61,181 nt of DNA from Methanomicrobiales archaeon (GTDB taxonomy: Archaea > Halobacteriota > Methanomicrobia > Methanomicrobiales > JACTUA01). Every line of letters begins with the position of its first letter. Position 1 is the first letter of the stretch. The notes under the pieces were generated by a model, which was not told the origin of the DNA, ran no database searches, and was given only the letters and a program-made list of their open reading frames with translations. The position numbers and the translations under genes were made by a program. Below are positions 31,380-40,553 of the stretch, one piece after another. Location: the NCBI GenBank assembly GCA_030019205.1, contig JASEFH010000017.1, positions 1-61,181 of the forward strand, given 5' to 3'.

Positions 31380-31632
31380 CAGGCTGGTGCGGATCGTGCC
31401 GCCCTGCGTCGTCTTCTCCCTCGTCTACCTCGCCGCCATGGCCGCCTCGGCCTCGCTCCTCCAGGGGATCCGCACCGTCCCCTCCCTCTCGATCCGGGAG
31501 ATCGGCTGCCGTCTCCTCAGCGGCTCCTGCCACGACCACCTCTGGTTCGTCGTCCTGATCGTCGAGCTCTCCCTGATCTACCCGCCCCGCATCCGGCGGG
31601 GCGGGCGGCGGGCAGCGGCATCCGCCTCCTAG
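31380..31632 (+). pseudogene. remnant of an acyltransferase-3-family membrane protein (fragment)
   Basis: The frame reading …VPPCVVFSLVYLAAMAASASLL…GSCHDHLWFVVLIVELSLIYPP has third-codon-position GC above 90% and an HLWF-type motif. It lies inside an otherwise frame-less 830-bp stretch with no plausible start or upstream partner. Confidence 0.35.
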
Positions 31633-31886
31633 ATCTCCAGGGATATGCCGGCGAAGTAGAGGAGAAGGATGAGCGCCACGCCCACGATGCCGCCGATCGC
31701 GCTGATCAGGACCGTGATGATGTTGATGGGGATATCCGGCTGGAGAAAGATGTTGGCGATGAACAGCAGGAGCACGCCGACGATCGCGTTGACGACGAGG
31801 GATATGGCGTTGCGCAGGAACCAGTAGAGCACGACTGCGACGATGACGGCCAGAATGAGGATGACGATCCCTTCCAGGAGAGCCAT
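31629..31886 (-). CDS. BofA-family (pro-sigmaK processing inhibitor-like) small membrane protein
   Basis: 85 aa with two TM helices; the length and hydrophobic pattern fit BofA. TAG stop. Confidence 0.55.
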   Translation of the reverse strand: MALLEGIVILILAVIVAVVLYWFLRNAISLVVNAIVGVLLLFIANIFLQPDIPINIITVLISAIGGIVGVALILLLYFAGISLEI

Positions 31887-31938
31887 GGAGGGCAGATGGC
31901 CGCCCTCCTATTAAAACATGGCGGAGGACCCGCCGCCT

Positions 31939-32679
31939 CTATCCCAGTTCCACCGCCGCCCGTGCGTCGAAGGGGTTCGTCCGCATGGCGAGCGAGAAGA
32001 GGTAGGGGTAGTTGTTCTTCAGGTGCTCCATGTAGTTCAGCCACTCGCGGATCAGGCAGCCGTAGACCCGTTCGATGTCGGTGCAGACGTGCGTCCGATC
32101 CGCACCGCTGCACTGCCCGAGGTCCTTTCTCCGCTGGAGCTCCTCGGCCAGGTGGAAGGTGGCCCGGAGGAGCTCCGTGAAGGACTCGTGCTCCAGGAGG
32201 AGCGGGTTCTCGAGCATGCGGACGAGGATGTCCTCCCTGCCGGCAAGATAATCCCGGAGGGCGACCAGATCCAGATCCTCCCCCCGGACCTGGGGCGGGT
32301 GCTCCGCGATTAGGTTCCGCACGCGGTCGAACTCCGCCGCCGTCCAGGTTCCCCGCACCACCAGCCGCCCGCGGATGTTCTCGAGCCCGGGATCGTGGTC
32401 CGATAGGAGGGCCAGAAGGTGCGTCCCCACGGCGCTGAAGAACACCCCGATGATCATGTTCAGCTTCTCCAGTCTCCGCCGTAGGTCCCGGCGCTCCAGG
32501 AGGCGGTGGATCACCAGCGTGACGAGCAGCACCTCGACCGGGAGGAACGCGATGTCTCCCAGGGTGTAGATGGCGATGTGGTGGAGATCGAGGAAGACCA
32601 GGTAGTGGGCGGTGTAGAGGAGGACCGACGCGACGATCAGCGCAGCGGCCAGGTAGAGCTCCCATGTGCGGATCTTCAT
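31939..32679 (-). CDS. membrane protein of unknown function (two N-terminal TM plus cytoplasmic helical domain)
   Basis: Start at MKIRTWELYLAAALIVASVLLY; no recognisable family. TAG stop. Confidence 0.5.
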   Translation of the reverse strand: MKIRTWELYLAAALIVASVLLYTAHYLVFLDLHHIAIYTLGDIAFLPVEVLLVTLVIHRLLERRDLRRRLEKLNMIIGVFFSAVGTHLLALLSDHDPGLENIRGRLVVRGTWTAAEFDRVRNLIAEHPPQVRGEDLDLVALRDYLAGREDILVRMLENPLLLEHESFTELLRATFHLAEELQRRKDLGQCSGADRTHVCTDIERVYGCLIREWLNYMEHLKNNYPYLFSLAMRTNPFDARAAVELG

Positions 32680-32856
32680 GCTCTCTGCGGCCCCGGAGGG
32701 CGCGGGAGGTCTTCTTCCTTGCGGTGGCGCCCGGGCGGGCAGCCCCCGCACCGCGCTGGACCGCCGGCACGCCGGGGCCCGTCCGTTCACGGGGATCGCC
32801 GCGGACCCGGCGGCCAGCACCTTTCCCAAGGACAATGCTTATCATATAGCGGAGGG

Positions 32857-34524
32857 ATGATCCTACATACCCTGATTTTTGGGCATGGAGCCATGCTGGA
32901 AGGTACGTCACCGGAAGAGCACCTGCGGAATCGCCCCGAAGATAGGGCACAGGAGGCCTCTGCGAAGCTCATGGCGGAGCTGCAGTCCATGCTCCAGGCG
33001 CTGGAATCCGAGAGCAGCCTGCGGAAGAAGGCCGAAGAGGGGCAGAGGGAGAGCGTTCGGAGGTACCGCAGTCTGGTGGAGCAGTCCCCCGACGCCATCA
33101 TCCTCCACCGCGCCGGGACGATGGAGTATCTCAATCCGGCGGCCGTCCGTCTTTTCGGGGCTAAGAAGGCGGGCGATCTGATCGGCACCTCGATTCTGGA
33201 GCGGATCCATCCCGATCACCGCAGCCTCGTCCAGTCCCGCATGAACCGGCTCCTCCAGGGGAAGCGGATCCCGAGGAAGGAGCTGAAGCTCGTCGATATC
33301 CACGGGCGGGAGGTGGACGTGGAGGCCACGGGGGCGCTCGTGGGACCGGGCGGGGCGATCCAGACGATCCTGCGGGACGTCTCGAGACGGAAACGGGCGG
33401 ACGAGGCGCTCCGGAAGAGCGAGGCCCGCTACCGCGAGCTCGTGGAGCTGCTCCACGAGGGCGTCGTGATCGTGGACCCGGAGGAGATCATCACGTTCGC
33501 CAACCCGCGGATGGCGGAGATGTGCGGCTGCCCGCTGCGGGATCTCATCGGGAGATCGTTCCTCAGCCTTGCCGACGCCGAGAACGCGGAGGCCGTGCGG
33601 AAGAGTCTCGGCCGCCGGAAGCGGGGCATGCAGGGGAGGTGCGAGGTGAGCCTGCGCAGGCAGGATGGAAGCCGGCTATACGTCTCCCTGCAGGCGTCGC
33701 CCATGACAGACGGGAGAGGCAGGCACGCCGGCTCTCTCGTCACCCTGGTGGACATGTCGGATCGCAAGCAGGCCGAGGAGGCCCTGCGGGAGTACGCCCG
33801 GAACCTGAAGCGGTCCAACGAGGACCTGGAGCGGTTCGCCTACGTCTCCAGCCACGACCTGCAGGAGCCGCTCCGCACCATCGTCACCTTCACCCAGCTG
33901 CTGGAGCGGCGGTACAAGGGGCAGATGGGGAGGGAGGCGGACGAGTACATCGACTACATCGTGGACGCGGGCAAACGGATGCAGGCGCTGATCAACGACC
34001 TGCTGGAATACTCGCGGGTGACCACCCGCGGAGGGGAGATCACGGAGTCTGACAGCGAGATGGCGCTGGAGCAGGCGATCTCCAACCTCCGCTCCCAGCT
34101 CGAGGAGTCGGGGACGGCGGTCACGCACGATCCGCTGCCCGCGGTGCTGGCGGATCCGCCCCAGCTGGTGCAGGTCTTCCAGAACCTGATCAGCAACGCG
34201 GTGAAGTACCGCCGCGAGGACGAGCCGCCGAAGGTCCACGTCTCGGCAGAGCGCCGCAACGGCTACGTGCAGTTCTCCGTCGCCGACAACGGGATCGGGA
34301 TCGAGCCGCAGTACTTCGACCGCATCTTTGTCATCTTCCAGCGGCTCCACGGGCGGGAGAAGTACTCGGGGACGGGGATCGGGCTCGCCGTCGTGAAGCG
34401 GATCGTGGAGCGGCACGGGGGCGCCATCCGGGTCGAGTCCGAGCCCGGGAAGGGGGCCACGTTCTTCTTCACGCTGCCGGAGCCGCTGCGGACGGAGCCC
34501 GTGCAGAACTATGAGGCGGGGTGA
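32857..34524 (+). CDS. PAS multi-sensor histidine kinase, paralog of 28341..30794
   Basis: Three PAS domains plus HisKA and HATPase_c. The HisKA and ATPase segments are nearly identical at nucleotide level to the gene at 28341..30794. Confidence 0.9.
   Translation: MILHTLIFGHGAMLEGTSPEEHLRNRPEDRAQEASAKLMAELQSMLQALESESSLRKKAEEGQRESVRRYRSLVEQSPDAIILHRAGTMEYLNPAAVRLFGAKKAGDLIGTSILERIHPDHRSLVQSRMNRLLQGKRIPRKELKLVDIHGREVDVEATGALVGPGGAIQTILRDVSRRKRADEALRKSEARYRELVELLHEGVVIVDPEEIITFANPRMAEMCGCPLRDLIGRSFLSLADAENAEAVRKSLGRRKRGMQGRCEVSLRRQDGSRLYVSLQASPMTDGRGRHAGSLVTLVDMSDRKQAEEALREYARNLKRSNEDLERFAYVSSHDLQEPLRTIVTFTQLLERRYKGQMGREADEYIDYIVDAGKRMQALINDLLEYSRVTTRGGEITESDSEMALEQAISNLRSQLEESGTAVTHDPLPAVLADPPQLVQVFQNLISNAVKYRREDEPPKVHVSAERRNGYVQFSVADNGIGIEPQYFDRIFVIFQRLHGREKYSGTGIGLAVVKRIVERHGGAIRVESEPGKGATFFFTLPEPLRTEPVQNYEAG
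33758..34500. repeat. inverted repeat copy B matching 28350..29080
   Basis: See copy A. The encoded peptides [73 protein letters not shown] are identical. Confidence 0.7.
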
Positions 34525-34535
34525 AGGGGAGCCGA

Positions 34536-34799
34536 TCAGCCCCGATCGATCGGCAGGCCCTTCCCGCCGAGTGTGCGTTCGATCTCCTCCAGGAGCCCGG
34601 GATCGGCGAGGGCGTGGTCGAGCGTCGGGATGCCCCCCACGAGCGGGATCGGTTTCAGGATGGCGACGGGAAGTTCCCCGCCGCGCTCGCCGGACTCGCC
34701 GGGGGCGCAGGGGGCCATGGTGCCATCCCGATACACGGCAATGTTGCTGTAGCCCTGGGCATCCCAGAGCGTCCGGATAACATCTCGGGTTGTCGTCAT
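34536..34799 (-). CDS. small hypothetical protein (87 aa)
   Basis: ORF begins MTTTRDVIRTLWDAQGYSNIAVYRDG with a TATA-like box about 28 nt upstream. The longer N-terminal extension in ORF 34536..35414 is not supported. Confidence 0.4.
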   Translation of the reverse strand: MTTTRDVIRTLWDAQGYSNIAVYRDGTMAPCAPGESGERGGELPVAILKPIPLVGGIPTLDHALADPGLLEEIERTLGGKGLPIDRG

Positions 34800-34826
34800 G
34801 CGTGCCGCTGTTGTACTCTCCTGCTG

Positions 34827-34832
34827 CTTATA
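34827..34832 (-). promoter_or_regulatory. TATA-like box (TATAAG) for the 34799 gene
   Basis: The minus strand reads gagaGTATAAGcagcagg…(27 nt)…ATG, the spacing expected for a leaderless archaeal transcript. Confidence 0.35.
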
Positions 34833-35469
34833 CTCTCCCCACGCTCTCCCGCCGGGAGCGGCCGGGACCTCTCCGCGGATCAGCAGCGGAACGATCGCGA
34901 GCGCGCAGCAGACGGCGGCAGCCGGGATGGTGGCGCCGGTGGCATCCGCCAGCACCTGCGGATCGGCTCCCGGCACCGCGCCGCTGCAACCGCGCAGGAG
35001 CCCGGTGCTGCTGGGGCTCTGGAAGAGCGCGTTGCCCATCGCCGGGGAGATGGAGAAGGCCATCGAGGCCCCGGTCGTCGCCTGCAGGATCCGGGTGCCG
35101 ACGATGACCGGCAGCGTGGGCGCCGGGGCGCAGCCGAGGGAGCTGGCCGTGACGATGCCGATCAGGATCGCGGCGGGGACGAGGCGGCGCAGCACCCTCT
35201 CCCCGGATGCGATGGGGTTGCCGTGGAGGGGCGCCGATCGACGCCGTGTGCGGCCTCGATGATCTCCATCTCCTAACGCGCGGGCCCCCTCCAGCATACG
35301 GGCGCTGGTGCGACAGGACACCCGGACGCACGAGGGCTGGAGCAGCGCCGGGTGCGCGGGGCAGGAGATTCCGCGCCATGCCCGCCTGCACCCGGCGGAT
35401 TCGGATGGCTGCATCCGCGGGGAGATGCGGCGGCTGGAGGCGGACGCGGAGGAGCGACGAGATCGGGAT

Positions 35470-38400
35470 TCAGGAGGACGAGCCGTCGTCGTCGCTCCCG
35501 CAGGTGAAGAAGAAGGTGGTGCCCCGATCGATCCCCGACTCCACCCAGATCCGACCGCCGTGGCGGTCGAGGATCCGCTTCACGATGGCGAGCCCCACGC
35601 CGGTCCCCTCGAACTCCTTCTCGCTGTGGAGCCGCTGGAAGACCCCGAAGAGCTTCTCGGCGTACCGGGGATCGAAGCCCACGCCGTTGTCCCGCACGAA
35701 GTAGACCGTTTCACCGTCCTTCGCAAAGGATCCCACCTCGATTCGGGCCATGGCGCGGGGGCGGGTGAACTTCAGCGCGTTGCTGAGCAGGTTGTGGTAG
35801 ACCTGGCTGATCAGGAACGCGTCCGCACGGGAGGGCGGCAGGGGCCCGATGGTGAACTCGACCTGCCGCCCCGCGCACTCGCTGCGGAGATTCTCCCAGA
35901 CCGTCTTCACGACCGCGGTGATGTCCACGGCCTCCTTCGTGAGCGACGAGCGGCTGATGCGGGAGAGATTGAGGAGGGCATCGATCAGGTTCGCCATCTG
36001 CTGGGTGTTCGACCGCACCTTCTCCAGGTAGACCCGGGCCTCGGGCGGCAGGCTCGAGCGGTACTCGGAGAGCAGGATCCCCGAGTAGCCGTCGATCGCC
36101 CGCAGAGGAGATCGGAGATCGTGGGACACGGAGTAGCTGAAGGACTCCAGTTCTCCGATCGCCGACTCCAGTTCGGCGGTCCGTTCGGCGACGCGGCGCT
36201 CCAGCTCCTCGTTCAGGCGGCGGATATCCTCTTCCACCTTCTTCAGGCGGGTGATGTCCACGATGACGCCCCGGATGCCCGCCACGGCGGAGCCGGCGTA
36301 GACGGGGGTGGCATATACCATGACGGGGAAAACGGTTCCATCCTTGCGCACCGCCGTATACTCCATGTCCACCAGGCGGACTCCCTGACCGACCTTCAGC
36401 ATGCTGTCATGCACCCGCTCCCTCTGTTCCGGCAGGACGACAGCATCGAGAGAGATGCCCCGACCCAGATCCTCCGGCGTGTAGCCGAAGGTGTCGAACG
36501 CGTACTGGTTGGCGAAGGTGATGACACCCTGCAGGTTCGCCTCGAATACCCCCTGCGGCAGGAGGCTGACCAGATCGCGGTACTTCTTCTCGCTCTCCCG
36601 CAGCTCCTCCTCGATCCGCTTCCTCTCCGTTATGTCCCGCCCGACCGACTGGTACTCGGTGACCCGCCCGTCGGCATCGAAGAACGCCCGGTCGTTCCAC
36701 TGCTGCCAGCGGATCTCCCCGCCGGGGAGGATCAGGCGGTGCTCGATGTTCGCCGAGGGGTTGTGCGGCGTCAGCGAGCGGAAGTGGGCCTCGACAAGGG
36801 CCCTGTCCGCCTCGGGGATCTGCGGCACGAACCGCCGCCCGACGATCTCGCTGCAGGTCTTCCCGAAGTAGCGGCAGTAGGCATCGTTGGCGAATATGTG
36901 GGTCCCGTCGGGGCGGAAGCGGGCAATGAACTCGCTCTGGGTCTCGACAACGGCCCGGTAGCGCTCCTCGCTGCTCTGCAGCGCCTGCATGCTCGCCTTC
37001 AGCCGCTCCACCATGGTGTTGATGCTCCTCTCCAGCACCGCCAGCTCGCTCGCGCTCGAGGGGGGGACGCGGCGGTCCAGGTCCCCCCGTGCGATGGCTT
37101 CCGCATCCTGCACGATCCGCTGGATCGGGCGGGTGAGCCCCTGCGAGAGGGCCAGGGCTAAAAGGCCGCTCAGGGCGATCGCGCCCAGTGCGACCAGGAC
37201 GTGCGAGAGGAGCAGCCGCTGCAGCTCGGTGTCGACGAGGTTCGTATTGTAGGTGAGCTCCAGGATCCAGCTCGTATCGGAGGCGTAGTCGGGACTGGCG
37301 AGATCGACCAGCAGGTAGCGCACCGTCTTCCCGCTGCCGGGGATCTCGACCGTCCGCCTCTCCTGAATGACGCGATCGAGCGCCGCCGCCTCCTCCGGGG
37401 TGGGAACGTAGCTGAAGTTGCCCATCATGTGCCGGGTGGTGTCGAAGAGGCGGACCGTCTCCAGGTAGGGGTTGCGGGCGGCGATGGCGGTGATGCCCGC
37501 CTCGTAATCCAGGCGATGGTGCTGCTCCTTGAAGAGATCCTCCGCCATTCCGAGCTCGAGGATGTAGCGGTGATCCGGCGTGGGCATGTAGGCGAACTTG
37601 CGGAACATGCCGGTCGCGGTCTCCCGCACGACGCGATCGGGGTAAAATCCGTCCTTCTGGAGAATGTCCATCAGGAATTCGTGGGTATGGTTCCACTGCC
37701 GGAAGTCGAGCCCGAGATCCGGCGCAAAGGTGGTGCGCTCGACCACGGCGGAATCGTTGATGATGTAGAGGTCCATCTCGCCGCCCAGTTCCGTCTTCAC
37801 GCGTTCGAGATCCATCCGCGAGACGTCCCGCCCGGCACGTTCGTACTCGGCCAGGAACTGCATGAATCCCTCCCGCATCCTCGCGTTGAGGGTCTCGTCG
37901 TACAGAAGGTAACCGGTGTCCACCAGGCGGACGGTCTGCCCCAGGTAGCCCTCGGTCCCCTGCCGGGCAAGCGCGGCGGTCTCCTGGAAGTCCCTCTCCG
38001 TCTTGACGTAATCGGCAGCGGTCACGGCGACCACGACGAATCCTACGATCAGAACCATGACGAGGAAGATGGTGTGGGCGAGACGGCGCTCCCCGGGGAG
38101 GGGCCGATACCCCCGGGCGCGGCCGTGCTCTCGCGGCGCGGCGCGATTCGGCTCCCCCCGGGAGATCGCGTCCACATCGGACGCCATCTGCTGGATCGGG
38201 ACGGCGATGCGGCGCGTGAGGAGGACCGCACCCAGAGCGGCGAGGACGAAGGCGGCGGTTGCGGCCAGGAGGTGGTAGAGGATGCCGGTGTCGAGCGTGC
38301 TGCGGAGATTCGCGGTGTCGTAGGTGATCTCCACGATCCGGCTGACGTCCGACCCGTATCTCTCGTCCCGCAGGTCCACGAAGAGGTAGGTGACCTTCCT

Positions 38401-39198
38401 GCCGGTGATCGGATCGTCGATCCGCAGGGTCTCCCGCTGCTGGATCACCCGGTCCAGGATCGCGTCGACCTCGGGTTCGGGTTTGAGACTCGCATTCTCG
38501 CGGAGCTGCTTGCGGCTGTCGAAGATCCGCACCTGCTGGACGTAGGGATTGAGCGACGTTATCTGGCGGATGCTTTCGCTCTCCCCCATGCGGGAGAGCG
38601 GCGTGTTCAGGATCTCCCCCTGCAGCCCCAGCTCGAGGACGTAGCGGTGGTCCGGCGTCGGCATGTAGGCATACTTCCGCAGGATGCCGGTGGCCGGCTC
38701 GGTGACGATGCGGTCGGGGAAGAACCCCTCCGACTGGCGGATGGCGGTCAGGTAGTCGTAGAAGTACGGCACCTTCCGGAAGTCCAGGCCCCGGTCGGGT
38801 GCGAAGGTGGTGTACGCGATAACCCCGGTTTCGTCGATGACGTAGAGATCCATGTCGCCCCCGATCCGCTCCTTGACCCCTTCCAGGTCCATCCGGGCGG
38901 GATCCCGCCCGGCGCGTTCGTACTCCTCCAGGAATAGGCCGAACCCGTTCAGCATCCTCGCGTTGAGCGTGCCGTCGAAGAGCTTCTGCCCGTCATCGAT
39001 GATGCGCAGGTTCTGATCGATGCCGTTCTCGACCTGCTGCTCGAGCAGTTCCGTGCGGGCTGCCAGGTTCCGTTCGGCGAAGGTGTAGTCCACGCAGGTG
39101 GTACCCGCCGTGGCGACGGCGATGAGCAGGAAGAGGGAGATCAGCAGGTAGTGGGAGAAGGGGCGTTTTCCCGTGTCCATCGGAATTCTCGACGGCAT
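35470..39198 (-). CDS. giant sensor histidine kinase with two tandem extracytoplasmic sensor modules, HAMP, two PAS, HisKA and HATPase_c
   Basis: Start at MPSRIPMDTGKRPFSHYLLISLFLLIAVA. It contains two homologous TM-sensor-TM-HAMP units (…FLEEYERAGRDPARMDLEGVKERIGGDMDLYVIDETG… and …FLAEYERAGRDVSRMDLERVKTELGGEMDLYIINDSA…), then PAS, PAS, an H-box (FSYSVSHDLRSPLRAI) and an ATPase. The upstream 216 codons of the ORF are low-complexity and rejected. Confidence 0.85.
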   Translation of the reverse strand: MPSRIPMDTGKRPFSHYLLISLFLLIAVATAGTTCVDYTFAERNLAARTELLEQQVENGIDQNLRIIDDGQKLFDGTLNARMLNGFGLFLEEYERAGRDPARMDLEGVKERIGGDMDLYVIDETGVIAYTTFAPDRGLDFRKVPYFYDYLTAIRQSEGFFPDRIVTEPATGILRKYAYMPTPDHRYVLELGLQGEILNTPLSRMGESESIRQITSLNPYVQQVRIFDSRKQLRENASLKPEPEVDAILDRVIQQRETLRIDDPITGRKVTYLFVDLRDERYGSDVSRIVEITYDTANLRSTLDTGILYHLLAATAAFVLAALGAVLLTRRIAVPIQQMASDVDAISRGEPNRAAPREHGRARGYRPLPGERRLAHTIFLVMVLIVGFVVVAVTAADYVKTERDFQETAALARQGTEGYLGQTVRLVDTGYLLYDETLNARMREGFMQFLAEYERAGRDVSRMDLERVKTELGGEMDLYIINDSAVVERTTFAPDLGLDFRQWNHTHEFLMDILQKDGFYPDRVVRETATGMFRKFAYMPTPDHRYILELGMAEDLFKEQHHRLDYEAGITAIAARNPYLETVRLFDTTRHMMGNFSYVPTPEEAAALDRVIQERRTVEIPGSGKTVRYLLVDLASPDYASDTSWILELTYNTNLVDTELQRLLLSHVLVALGAIALSGLLALALSQGLTRPIQRIVQDAEAIARGDLDRRVPPSSASELAVLERSINTMVERLKASMQALQSSEERYRAVVETQSEFIARFRPDGTHIFANDAYCRYFGKTCSEIVGRRFVPQIPEADRALVEAHFRSLTPHNPSANIEHRLILPGGEIRWQQWNDRAFFDADGRVTEYQSVGRDITERKRIEEELRESEKKYRDLVSLLPQGVFEANLQGVITFANQYAFDTFGYTPEDLGRGISLDAVVLPEQRERVHDSMLKVGQGVRLVDMEYTAVRKDGTVFPVMVYATPVYAGSAVAGIRGVIVDITRLKKVEEDIRRLNEELERRVAERTAELESAIGELESFSYSVSHDLRSPLRAIDGYSGILLSEYRSSLPPEARVYLEKVRSNTQQMANLIDALLNLSRISRSSLTKEAVDITAVVKTVWENLRSECAGRQVEFTIGPLPPSRADAFLISQVYHNLLSNALKFTRPRAMARIEVGSFAKDGETVYFVRDNGVGFDPRYAEKLFGVFQRLHSEKEFEGTGVGLAIVKRILDRHGGRIWVESGIDRGTTFFFTCGSDDDGSSS
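36950..39093 (-). repeat. internal tandem duplication (two units of about 1.08 kb) encoding the two sensor-HAMP modules of the giant kinase
   Basis: Protein units at aa 36-395 and 396-about 750 align collinearly at roughly 50-60% identity. Coordinates are approximate. Confidence 0.6.
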
Positions 39199-39526
39199 GC
39201 TGGCACCCGCACTCCGGTCGGGGGAAGATCCGGATCTCCGGCGATCAGGGGATTGGGTGTTGAGCATGATAATGGCTCCGCAGCCGGGATGGTCATCCGT
39301 GTGCGCCGGAGCCTCCGGGCCCATGAAGGCTCCCGCCGGCGTCCTCCCCGCTGCTTTCGCAAAAAACCCCTCCGTGCGATCCCGAGCGGCGCAGGCCGCC
39401 CCGTCGGGGGCGTCCCGCGGGCGACAGGGGATGGCGGCGATCCGGGCGGGGGAGCCCCGGTCCTCGCACTCCCGCAGAAGGGCAACCCTAAAACCGTGGG
39501 ACCTGCTATCTGATACGGGGAGGCTC

Positions 39527-40543
39527 ATGCTGGAGATGGTGCTCGTCGCTCTGACGTTTGCCTTCGCCTTCACCAATGGCTTCCAGGATGCCAGCACGAT
39601 CGCCGCGACCTTCATCGCGTCCCGCTCGGCGACCCCCCGCCGGGGGATCCTCTTCATCGCCGGGCTGCAGTTCGCGGGGGCGCTGCTGGGCGGGACCGCC
39701 GTCGCCTTCACGCTCTCCTCCCTGCTCGCCTTCGACGCCGGTCCGGCGGCGGTCCCGGTGCTGCTGACCGCCCTGCTGGGGGCGATCGCCTGGAACCTCC
39801 TGACCTGGAGGTATGCCCTTCCCTCCTCCTCCACCCACGCCCTCATCGGGGGTCTGGTCGGAGCCGGCGTCGCCTACGGCGGTCCTGCCGGCATCTTCTG
39901 GGGCGTCGCGGAGTTCCTCGCCCCCCCGCACGAACTCGCCGGTCTCCTGAAGATCCTGGTCTTTCTCGCCGTCTCCCTGGCAGTCGGTCTCCTGGGGGGG
40001 TTTGCCCTGCACCGCACGGCCGCGCTCCTGCTCCGCAACGCCCGGCGGGGAGTCGTGCGGGAGATCGCGCGCAGCAACTGGATCGCCGCGGGGTTCATGG
40101 CGTTCTTCAACGGCGCCAACGACGGCGGGAAGCTGCTGGGAATCGTGCTCCTGGGGCTGGGCGCCTCCGGCACCTGGGCGGGCACGGGGCAGCCGCTCTG
40201 GGCCCGGCTCGGCATCGCCCTGCTCATCACCCTGGGAACGGTCGGGGGCGGGTGGCGCATCATGGCCACCCTGGGGCGGCGCATCTTCAAGATCGAGCCC
40301 CTCCACTCCTTCTCCTCCCAGTTCTCTTCCGGAGCCTCGATCGCCCTCTCCACCCTCGCCGGCGCCCCCATCTCCTCAACCCACGTCATCACCAGCTCGG
40401 TCCTCGGGGTGGGGGCGGCGGAGAACCCGCGGCGGGTCCGGTGGTCGGTGGGGCGCGACATCGTCGCCTCGATGCTGCTCACCCTCCCGGCGACCGCGCT
40501 CCTCACAGCCTTTATGTACTGGCTGATCGCACCCTTCCTCTAG
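39527..40543 (+). CDS. PiT-family inorganic phosphate transporter (second copy)
   Basis: FTNGFQDASTIAATFIASR and FFNGANDGGKLLG half-repeats. Confidence 0.85.
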   Translation: MLEMVLVALTFAFAFTNGFQDASTIAATFIASRSATPRRGILFIAGLQFAGALLGGTAVAFTLSSLLAFDAGPAAVPVLLTALLGAIAWNLLTWRYALPSSSTHALIGGLVGAGVAYGGPAGIFWGVAEFLAPPHELAGLLKILVFLAVSLAVGLLGGFALHRTAALLLRNARRGVVREIARSNWIAAGFMAFFNGANDGGKLLGIVLLGLGASGTWAGTGQPLWARLGIALLITLGTVGGGWRIMATLGRRIFKIEPLHSFSSQFSSGASIALSTLAGAPISSTHVITSSVLGVGAAENPRRVRWSVGRDIVASMLLTLPATALLTAFMYWLIAPFL

Positions 40544-40553
40544 AGCGTGACGG

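Noticed and set aside
30852-32180. 442-aa plus-strand ORF spanning the 30.8-32.2 kb gap and the BofA / 31939 genes
   Set aside because: Arg/Pro/Gly-rich with average third-position GC. Only the short 31380-31632 sub-segment in a different frame shows a coding signature.
35308-38937. Two long plus-strand ORFs (617 and 578 aa) antisense to the giant histidine kinase
   Set aside because: Mirror-frame artefacts of a high-GC gene. The minus strand encodes a coherent multi-domain kinase.
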